Source of the DNA: Actinomycetes bacterium
GTDB taxonomy: Bacteria; Actinomycetota; Thermoleophilia; Gaiellales; F1-60-MAGs149
Assembly (NCBI GenBank): GCA_025360225.1
Contig: JANYCN010000077.1
Coordinates: forward strand, 12,232 to 76,231
Direction: 5' to 3'
DNA: 64,000 nt
This document shows positions 57,383 through 64,000 of the stretch, in pieces. Made by a program: the position numbers and the translations under genes. The notes below the pieces were generated by a model. It did not search any database. It was given only the letters and a program-made list of their open reading frames with translations, and had not been told where the DNA came from. Positions within the stretch are counted from its first letter, which is position 1. Each line of letters begins with the position of its first letter.

Positions 57383-57865
57383 ATGGGCGTTCGCCAGGGT
57401 CGACTCGTGATCGTGTGTGGGCCGCCCGGCGGTGGGAAGACGACGACGGCGCGACGGCTCGAACGCGCCCACGCCTGCCTGCGCCTGAGTCCGGACGAGT
57501 GGCTTCTGGCGCTGGGCCTCGATCTTGTCGACGCTGAGGCCAGGGCGCGCGTAGAAGGCCTCCAGTGGAACGTCGCGGGCCAGCTTATCGCGATCGGTCA
57601 GACGGTGATCATCGAGTGGGGGACGTCGCGCGGTGAACGCGACGCGCTGTGCGAGGGTGCTCGCCTCGTCGGCGCGGCAGCGGAGATCCACGTGGCGACC
57701 GCTCCGCTCGACGTGCTCTGGCAGCGCGTGCAGCTACGTCACAGCGAGCCGTTCCTTGCGGCAGAGCGGGCGCTGACACACGAGCAACTGGAGGAGGCAT
57801 CTGTGGCGTTCGAGCCCCCCGATTCCGCTGAGCTTGCCCGCTACGACGTACCGCTGGTCGGCTAG
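57383..57865 (+). CDS. small P-loop ATPase/kinase (AAA_33-like)
   Basis: Walker A VIVCGPPGGGKTTTARRL. Size of about 160 aa is typical of stand-alone P-loop kinases. Confidence 0.7.
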   Translation: MGVRQGRLVIVCGPPGGGKTTTARRLERAHACLRLSPDEWLLALGLDLVDAEARARVEGLQWNVAGQLIAIGQTVIIEWGTSRGERDALCEGARLVGAAAEIHVATAPLDVLWQRVQLRHSEPFLAAERALTHEQLEEASVAFEPPDSAELARYDVPLVG

Positions 57866-57936
57866 CTAGCTTAGCTAGGCGCGCTCCCCCGATCTGGGGA
57901 TCGACACCAGGGCGATGCTGGTCGTAGCCTGGCGCC

Positions 57937-58215
57937 GTGACCAGCATCGTCGTAACGATCACCGGGCTCCTCGTCGCGTTCCTGATCGACCGGAGCGCCG
58001 CGCATCGTCGCCCGCTCTCGGGCGCTCCGCTTGCGGTGGCGCTCGGAGCGGCGCTCATCGCACCCATGGGGATCGCGGGCATCGCGGCGGTCGCCGGCCC
58101 TGGTGGCGTGCAACGGTTCGTCGCCTTCGCCGTCGCGCAGACGCTGCTCGGCTACGCGTTCGTCGCCGCCTCGTGGGGCGTGCGCGCCGTCGTTGGCGCG
58201 CTGCCCCCGGCGTAG
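57937..58215 (+). CDS. hypothetical small membrane protein
   Basis: The 92-aa ORF has three hydrophobic stretches (IVVTITGLLVAFLI, LAVALGAALIAPMGIAGIAAVAG, FAFAVAQTLLGYAFVAA). It competes with the spurious 5' part of track ORF 57915..58721. Confidence 0.45.
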   Translation: MTSIVVTITGLLVAFLIDRSAAHRRPLSGAPLAVALGAALIAPMGIAGIAAVAGPGGVQRFVAFAVAQTLLGYAFVAASWGVRAVVGALPPA

Positions 58216-58256
58216 CGGTCCGTGACATTCGTGCGTCTTCGGTGTACCTTACGTGC

Positions 58257-58721
58257 GTGGTACGTCGCTTCGCGATCGCGCTCGCCGTGGCGCTCAGCGC
58301 CCTCGCTGGAGCGGCGATCGCCGAGGCCGTCGTCGCCGGCCCGATCCGTCCTGACCACCGGCTCACCCCGGGCGCTACCTTTGCCGGCGTGACCGCCGCG
58401 GACGTGTGCGTTTCCGGCTGGTCGGCCGCCCACCGCAACGTGACGGCCAGCAAGAAGCGCTCGGTGTTCGCGCGCTACCACCTGACAAACGTGCCGCGAG
58501 CGTACGAGGTCGACCACCTGATCTCACTCGAGCTCGGCGGCTCGAACGACGTGACGAACCTCTGGCCGGAGAAGTACGCCGGCACCTGGGGAGCTCGCGC
58601 GAAGGACAAGCTCGAGAACCGCCTCCACGCCCTGGTTTGCGCCGGCACGATCACGCTCGCGACAGCCCAGCACGAGATCACGACCGACTGGATCGCGAGC
58701 TACAAGCGCCGGATCGGCTAG
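58257..58721 (+). CDS. secreted HNH-family nuclease-like protein
   Basis: Signal-like VVRRFAIALAVALSALAGAAIAEA, then YEVDHLISLELGGSNDVTNLWPE (HNH core). Start set at GTG 58257 within track ORF 57915..58721. Confidence 0.7.
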   Translation: MVRRFAIALAVALSALAGAAIAEAVVAGPIRPDHRLTPGATFAGVTAADVCVSGWSAAHRNVTASKKRSVFARYHLTNVPRAYEVDHLISLELGGSNDVTNLWPEKYAGTWGARAKDKLENRLHALVCAGTITLATAQHEITTDWIASYKRRIG

Positions 58722-58730
58722 CGTCACCTC

Positions 58731-59012
58731 ATGCGCCGCGCCGTGATGGCCGTGATCGTGCTCGCGCTCCTTGCAGGAGCGACGGGGAACGTCGTCCAGC
58801 GGATGAGCCACGGACCGTCGCCGCAGGAGCGAGCGTTCCAGGTACAGCTTGATGCCGCGCGCGCCGCCGGGAACCAGCCCGAGTACGAGCGGGTCGCAGG
58901 GGAGCTCGCGGTGACGATCGGGCCGCGCGAGATGCTGTGGACGATGGGGCCGCCGCTCCTGGTGCTGGGCTCGTTTAGCGCGTTCGTGCTCGTGCGTCGC
59001 CGCCGCGCGTGA
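58731..59012 (+). CDS. hypothetical membrane protein
   Basis: 93-aa ORF with N- and C-terminal hydrophobic segments. Its stop overlaps the next small ORF. Confidence 0.45.
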   Translation: MRRAVMAVIVLALLAGATGNVVQRMSHGPSPQERAFQVQLDAARAAGNQPEYERVAGELAVTIGPREMLWTMGPPLLVLGSFSAFVLVRRRRA

Positions 59013-59173
59013 TGGCGATGGCGCTCCTCTTCACCGTCCTTGCGGTCGGGCTTGGCGCGATCGCCGTCGCGGCGATGTTCGGGTCAGCATGGGTTGTCGC
59101 CGTCGGAGCAGGGGCGATTGCCGCGTGGCTCGTGTCGCTCGCCTTCGGGGCGGTTCGGCGCTCATCGCGGTAA
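59012..59173 (+). CDS. hypothetical 53-aa two-TM peptide (below the ORF-track size cut-off)
   Basis: Hand translation: MAMALLFTVLAVGLGAIAVAAMFGSAWVVAVGAGAIAAWLVSLAFGAVRRSSR. The ATG overlaps the preceding TGA (GTGATG). Confidence 0.35.
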   Translation: MAMALLFTVLAVGLGAIAVAAMFGSAWVVAVGAGAIAAWLVSLAFGAVRRSSR

Positions 59174-59398
59174 CGCCGATTGCACCTCAGGCGACCGTGC
59201 GCGGGAGCCGATGAACTCGGTCACCGGTCGCACGGCGATCGTGAGGTCGCCGTGCGTCATCGCATCGAGCCCTCTACCGAGGTTCGTCAGGCAGTTCCCG
59301 TCGAGGCTCCGGAGCCGATCGAGAAGCTCGTCGATGACCGGGTCAACCGCCGGCGATGCGGCGACGGAACGTCTGGTCAGCATTTCCACTCCATTCAC
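59162..59398 (-). pseudogene. possible N-terminal fragment of a soluble methyl-accepting chemotaxis-type protein
   Basis: LRSLDGNCLTNLGRGLDAMTHGDLTIAVRPVTEFI resembles, from memory, the '..CL..L..GL.A...GDLT..V.PVT..I' start of actinobacterial MCPs. The ORF stops after 78 aa with no signalling domain. Confidence 0.3.
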
Positions 59399-59655
59399 GC
59401 ATGAAGCGCCACCATCGGCTGACCTCCAGGAGGTGGTGCAGCCCGAACACGCGATGCCCTAGCCGTTGGCGGCCATCAGACGTCGGGTCGATCGAGGTGC
59501 GCGTCGGCGGACGCCCGGCACTACCTGAGTGCGCGTGCACAGAGCGCGGCGCCGCGCTGCTTGCCGGGCCGGACTCGCTTACCTTCGGCGTGGCATGACG
59601 AGATCCGCGTTGCCCTTCAGCATGACTTCTGGCAGCGGGGTCGAACGGTGGGAGG

Positions 59656-60528
59656 GTGACGACGGACGTGGAGTGGTTCCTTCTCGGCGTGCACGCGCGC
59701 GGTGGCTCGCCGGCGACGGTGCGGGCGTATCGCGCCGACCTCACGGCCTACGTCGCGTGGCTCGCCACGCGCGGCACGAGCCCTCAATCAGCAACGCGCG
59801 CCGACGTGCGCGCCTACGCCGCGTCGCTCGGCGCGCGTGGTCTCGCCGCGACGTCCCGCGCTCGGATGCTGTCATCCCTTCGCTCCTTCCACGGCCGACT
59901 GCACGCCGCAGGGCGAGCGGCGTCGGACGTCGCGGCGGAGCTTCCGGGGCCGCGTCGGCCACGCCGGCTGCCCGATCCGCCGCGCCCGACCGACATGGCG
60001 CGGCTCCTCGACCGTCCGCGGACCGAGACGCCGGCAAGCCTGCGTGACCAGGCCGTCCTCGAGCTGCTCTACGGGTGCGGGTTGCGTGTCTCCGAGGCCT
60101 GCAACCTCGACGTCGACGACGTGACGCGTCGCGACGTGCGCGTCCAGGGCAAGGGTGGTCGCCTGCGGGTGATCCCGATCGGCCAGCCGGCGTCGGCTGC
60201 GGTGGCTGCGTGGCGCGAGCGCGGCCGGCCGTTCCTTGCGGTGCCGACGTCCGCGGAGGCGTTGCTCCTCGGTGCGCGAGGCGGTCGCATCGAGCCAACA
60301 GCGATCCGTCGCGCGCTCCGGCGTCGGCTCGGTGAGGCCGGGCTTCCGCACCGCGGCCCGCACGCTCTCCGCCACGCCTATGCTACCCATCTTCTCGAAG
60401 GCGGAGGAGACCTGCGAGCAATTCAGGAGCTTCTCGGGCATGCTTCGTTAGCGAGCACCGAGATCTACACGCGCGTCAGCGTGTCGCACCTCCGTCAAGC
60501 CCACCAGATCGCGCACCCACGAAGTTGA
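59656..60528 (+). CDS. xerC: tyrosine recombinase XerC/XerD family
   Basis: TVRAYRADLTAYVAWL, GLRVSEACNLDV, HALRHAYATHLLEGGGDLRAIQELLGHASLASTEIYTRV (R..HxxR..Y). Lies downstream of dprA as in other Actinomycetota. Confidence 0.88.
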   Translation: MTTDVEWFLLGVHARGGSPATVRAYRADLTAYVAWLATRGTSPQSATRADVRAYAASLGARGLAATSRARMLSSLRSFHGRLHAAGRAASDVAAELPGPRRPRRLPDPPRPTDMARLLDRPRTETPASLRDQAVLELLYGCGLRVSEACNLDVDDVTRRDVRVQGKGGRLRVIPIGQPASAAVAAWRERGRPFLAVPTSAEALLLGARGGRIEPTAIRRALRRRLGEAGLPHRGPHALRHAYATHLLEGGGDLRAIQELLGHASLASTEIYTRVSVSHLRQAHQIAHPRS

Positions 60529-61304
60529 TGGCAACGAGCAAGTCACCCCTTGAGGACGTCTGGAAGCGCTATCGCGAGACCCGCGATAAGGCGCTGCGTG
60601 ACCGGCTGATCCTCAACTACGCGCCGCTCGTCCGGTTCGTTGCCGGCCGCCTCGGCACGAGCCTTCCCGCCCACGTCGACGAGGGCGACCTCGTCTCCTA
60701 CGGCCTCCTTGGGTTGATCGGCGCGATCGAGCGCTTCGACCCATCGCGGGAGATCAAGTTTGAGACCTACGCGATGTCGCGCATCAAGGGCTCGATCATC
60801 GACGAGTTGCGGTCGCTCGACTGGGTCCCGCGATCGGTCCGCAGCCGGGCGCGCGAGATCGAGCGCGCGATGGCTGAGCTCGAGAACCGGCTGAAGCGCG
60901 CGCCGAGCGATGAGGAGGTGGCGGCCGAGATCGGCATCACCGTTGATGAGTTCCAGGACGCGTTGACGGCGATCTCCCGCTCGTCGGTCGCGGCGCTCGA
61001 CGAGCTCTGGTCGATCAACACCTCCGGCGGCGACACCGTCAGCCTGATCGACACGATCGAGGATCCCAACGCGGACGATCCGACGCGGGCGATGAACCAG
61101 ACGGAGACGAAGGAGGCGCTCGCTGACGCGATCGGTCGCCTGCCGGAGCGCGAGCGTCTCGTGATCACGCTCTACTACTACGAGGAGCTCACCCTACGCG
61201 AGATCGGTGAGGTGCTGAGCGTCACCGAGTCGCGAGTCTCCCAGCTCCACACGAAGGCGATCCTCCGTCTGAAGGTTCGCCTGCAAGGCAGCCTGCGCAC
61301 CTGA
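60528..61304 (+). CDS. RNA polymerase sigma factor, FliA/WhiG (sigma-28) family
   Basis: RDRLILNYAPLVRFVAGRL (region 2), RERLVITLYYYEELTLREIGEVLSVTESRVSQLHTKAILRL (region 4). The ATG overlaps the xerC stop (TGATG). Confidence 0.85.
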   Translation: MATSKSPLEDVWKRYRETRDKALRDRLILNYAPLVRFVAGRLGTSLPAHVDEGDLVSYGLLGLIGAIERFDPSREIKFETYAMSRIKGSIIDELRSLDWVPRSVRSRAREIERAMAELENRLKRAPSDEEVAAEIGITVDEFQDALTAISRSSVAALDELWSINTSGGDTVSLIDTIEDPNADDPTRAMNQTETKEALADAIGRLPERERLVITLYYYEELTLREIGEVLSVTESRVSQLHTKAILRLKVRLQGSLRT

Positions 61305-61357
61305 TCGGTACAATCGCGACCTGATCGTCGTCGTGTCGTCCGGTCGAAGGGAGCGTC

Positions 61358-63427
61358 ATGCAGCACGTGCCCGGGAAGATCCGCAACGTCGCCGTCCTCG
61401 GCCACCGTGGGTCGGGGAAGACCTCGCTGGTCGAGTCGCTGCTCTACGAGGCCGGAGCGATCTCCCGGCTCGGAACGGTCATCGACGGGACGACGGTCTC
61501 CGACCACGAGGAGGACGAGAAGCGTCGCTCGATGTCGATCGCTGCCACGGTCTGTCACGCGGAGTGGGAGGGTCGCCGGATCAACCTGATCGACACGCCG
61601 GGCGATCCGTCGTTCCAGGGCGACGCCCTCAGCGTGCTGCGCGTCGTGGAGGGCGCGATCTTCGAGGTCTCCGGCGTCGCCGGGGTCGAGGTCTCCACCG
61701 ACCGGCTATGGCGCCGAGCGGACGAGCTGTCACTGCCGCGCCTGATCCACGTGAACCTGCTCGACCGCGAGCGTGCGAGCTTTGCGACCGCCCTCGAGAG
61801 CCTGAAGCGCCTCTCCGACAAGGTGATCGCCGTGTCGATGCCGATGGGTGAGGAGCACGCCTTCGCCGGCGTCATCGACGTCGTGCACATGCTCGCCTAC
61901 CCCGACACGAAGGGGAAGCGCGAGGGCAACGGCCAGCCGATCCCCGAGCAGTACCTCGCCGAGGCGCAGCGCCTGCACGATGAGCTGATCGAGCACGTCG
62001 CCGAGGCCGCCGACGAGCTGATCGTGAAGTTCCTCGAAGGCGAGGAGATCAGCGCCGCCGAGATGGCCTCGGCGCTGAAAGCGATGGTGTCACGCGGCGA
62101 CCTGTTCCCGGTTACCTGTGGCGCCGCGGCGCGCAACTCCGGCACGCACGCGTTGCTTGACCTGATCATCGAGGCGCTTCCATCGCCCCGTCGGGCGGGA
62201 TCTGTGAAGGCGCACACCGCGTCGGGCGAACGGCTCGAGATCGGCCCCGAGGAGGACGCGGTCGTCCTGTACGTCTTCAAGACGCTTGCCGACCCGTTCG
62301 CCGGAAAGCTGTCACTGTTCCGCGTCTTCAGCGGCACCGTGACCGGCGACTCGACGCTCGTCAACCATCGCACCAAGGGGAAGGAGCGGATGGCCGGGCT
62401 GTTTGACCTGCAGGGCAAGGAGCACGCGCCGCTGCCGTCGTTCGGACCGGGGAACATCGGCGCCGTCTCAAAGCTGCGCGACGTGACGACAGGTGACCTG
62501 CTCTTCGACCACGAGCGTGACCTCGAGATCGACCCGATTCCGCTGCCGACCCCTGTCGTCTCAGTCGCGGTCGAACCGGCGAAGAAGGGCGAGGACGAGA
62601 AGATGGGCATCGCCCTGCGGCGCCTGCAGGAGGAGGACCCGACGCTCGGCGTCCATCGCGACGAGCGTACCAGCGAGATGCTCCTCGAGGGGCTGTCCCA
62701 GATGCACATCGAGGTGACGGTCGACCGGCTCAAGCGCCGGTTCGGCGTCGACGTGATCAGCCACCCGCCCCGGGTTCCCTACCTCGAGGCGATCCGCAGG
62801 CCAGCCCGCGGCCACGGACGACACAGGAAGCAGACCGGCGGGCGTGGCCAGTTCGGCGATTGTCACGTGCAGATCGAGCCGCTCGCGGGACACGACGGGT
62901 ACGAGTTCGTCGACCGCATCGTCGGCGGCGTGATCCCGCAGAGCTTCCGCTCGGCGGTCGACAAGGGGATCCAGGAGTCGATGCTCCGTGGCAGCCTCGC
63001 CGGCTTCCCCGTCGTTGGCGTGCGCGTCAGCCTCGTTGACGGCTCGTACCACGCGGTCGACTCGTCGGAGATGGCGTTCAAGATCGCTGGGTCGCTCGCG
63101 TTCCGCGCAGCCAGCGAGCAGGCCGACCCCGTGCTGCTCGAGCCTGTGATGGGCGTCGAGATCAGCGTCCCTGACGTGCACGTCGGCGACGTGACGGGCG
63201 ATCTGTCAGCGCGCCGCGGGCGGCTTCTCGGCATCGATGCGCGCGGCGGCACCACGGTCGTCCGAGCTGAGGCGCCGATGGGTGAGATGCTCACCTACTC
63301 GCAGACGCTAACGTCCCTTACCGGTGGACGCGGTGACTACTCGATGAGCTTCCTGCGCTACGAGGAGGTGCCTCAGCACATCGCGACGAAGGTCGTGGGC
63401 GAGGCGCGGAAGAAGGCCGAGCACTGA
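61358..63427 (+). CDS. elongation factor G-like GTPase (EF-G paralogue)
   Basis: G1 GHRGSGKTS, G3 DTPGDPSF, then EF-G domains II-V (LEPVMGVEISVPDVHVGDVTGDLSARRGRLLG). Confidence 0.88.
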   Translation: MQHVPGKIRNVAVLGHRGSGKTSLVESLLYEAGAISRLGTVIDGTTVSDHEEDEKRRSMSIAATVCHAEWEGRRINLIDTPGDPSFQGDALSVLRVVEGAIFEVSGVAGVEVSTDRLWRRADELSLPRLIHVNLLDRERASFATALESLKRLSDKVIAVSMPMGEEHAFAGVIDVVHMLAYPDTKGKREGNGQPIPEQYLAEAQRLHDELIEHVAEAADELIVKFLEGEEISAAEMASALKAMVSRGDLFPVTCGAAARNSGTHALLDLIIEALPSPRRAGSVKAHTASGERLEIGPEEDAVVLYVFKTLADPFAGKLSLFRVFSGTVTGDSTLVNHRTKGKERMAGLFDLQGKEHAPLPSFGPGNIGAVSKLRDVTTGDLLFDHERDLEIDPIPLPTPVVSVAVEPAKKGEDEKMGIALRRLQEEDPTLGVHRDERTSEMLLEGLSQMHIEVTVDRLKRRFGVDVISHPPRVPYLEAIRRPARGHGRHRKQTGGRGQFGDCHVQIEPLAGHDGYEFVDRIVGGVIPQSFRSAVDKGIQESMLRGSLAGFPVVGVRVSLVDGSYHAVDSSEMAFKIAGSLAFRAASEQADPVLLEPVMGVEISVPDVHVGDVTGDLSARRGRLLGIDARGGTTVVRAEAPMGEMLTYSQTLTSLTGGRGDYSMSFLRYEEVPQHIATKVVGEARKKAEH

Positions 63428-63468
63428 CCGGCTCGGTGCCGCCGCGCCGTTCGTCGGCGAGCCGGTCA
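63425..63468. other. 11-bp perfect inverted repeat overlapping the EF-G-like stop codon
   Basis: TGACCGGCTCG (63425-63435) / CGAGCCGGTCA (63458-63468), 22-nt spacer, no T tract. Confidence 0.4.
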
Positions 63469-63474
63469 GCTCCG

Positions 63475-64000
63475 GTGCGTTGTGACTCCTGCGAGCGCAC
63501 GCTGCTCCTTGGCGAGTTCGCGTCAGTCTTTCACGATCGCCACGTTCGGCGCACCGTCTGTGCCCTCTGCGAGACGGACGCCCTCGCGCACGGGTGGATC
63601 CGCGACGGCGCCGTCGTGCCGCCGCCGCCGTTGCGCCCGGAGCGGCCGGGGCTGATCGCGCGCATCCGTCAGCGCGAACGGGCGCCAGCGGTCGCCAGCG
63701 CGCCGGTGAGCCCGGAGGCCGGGCGCTCGAACGTCGTGCGCATCACGCCGACGGAGAACCCTCAGCGTGAGCGTGCGAAGGCGTTGGAGGCCGAGCGCGC
63801 CGCCGTCGCGCTGCAGGCCGTCGCGGCCGGAGTCGACGCGTTCAATGCGAGCCCGTACCGCCGTACGATCGTCGGCATCGCGCGCACCCTCGGGCGACCG
63901 CGCGTCTCCGTGATCCCGCTCGCAGGCGTCCACCCCGACGTCGTGATCACGTTCGCGTGGGACATCTCCTGGTACCGGTACCGCGTCGACCCGCGGCTTG
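63475..64000 (+). CDS. hypothetical protein with N-terminal CxxC..CxxC zinc-ribbon-like motif; 3' end outside the window
   Basis: Hand translation from GTG 63475: VRCDSCERTLLLGEFASVFHDRHVRRTVCALCETDALAHGWIRDG... It stays open to the window end with GC3-rich codons. The competing antisense ORF 63523..63933 is Arg/Asp-rich and junk-like. Confidence 0.5.
   Translation, partial: MRCDSCERTLLLGEFASVFHDRHVRRTVCALCETDALAHGWIRDGAVVPPPPLRPERPGLIARIRQRERAPAVASAPVSPEAGRSNVVRITPTENPQRERAKALEAERAAVALQAVAAGVDAFNASPYRRTIVGIARTLGRPRVSVIPLAGVHPDVVITFAWDISWYRYRVDPRL

Noticed and set aside
59262-59280. Possible att-type direct repeat of the tRNA-Trp 3' end (TCGAGCCCT shared with 56718-56726).
   Set aside because: Only 9 contiguous matching nucleotides, which is expected by chance in 64 kb of GC-rich DNA.
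59656-60528. Tyrosine recombinase considered as the integrase of the tRNA-Trp-linked island.
   Set aside because: Its sequence motifs and its position after dprA fit the chromosomal XerC/XerD type. It lies at the far end from the tRNA and is coupled to a housekeeping-type sigma gene.

Overview
High-GC (about 70%) Gram-positive, Actinomycetota-like chromosome segment. Roughly two thirds is the conserved housekeeping backbone, read almost entirely on the + strand with many overlapping start/stop codons: priA-def-fmt-rsmB, rpe-ribD-ribE-ribBA-ribH, rpmB, a DAK2 protein, degV, recG, rsmD, coaD, yceD, rpmF, plsX, acpP, rnc, smc, ftsY, ffh, rpsP, a KH protein, rimM, trmD, rplS, signal peptidases, rnhB, yraN, comM/yifB, dprA, xerC. 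Three parts break this backbone. (1) An accessory block of about 19.7 kb (9994-29657) holds a LuxR-type response regulator and a HisKA_3 kinase. A 487-bp AT-richer leader follows, then a tightly coupled operon: a 3364-aa secreted beta-helix/Ig-repeat protein, three multicopper-oxidase (MCO)-like proteins and a small His/Met protein. The first two MCO paralogues carry complementary halves of the trinuclear-copper ligand set, so neither looks complete alone. I consider this the best candidate for an undescribed system. (2) Five type I signal peptidase paralogues sit in tandem. Two lack catalytic residues, two neighbours share a near-identical 266-nt tract, and a nested palindrome lies in the one long spacer. 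(3) sodA, tRNA-Trp and a roughly 2.9-kb patch of small genes and gene relics are inserted between dprA and xerC. No rRNA, CRISPR array or intact transposase was seen. All calls rest on reading the supplied translations and sequence by eye; no database search was run.
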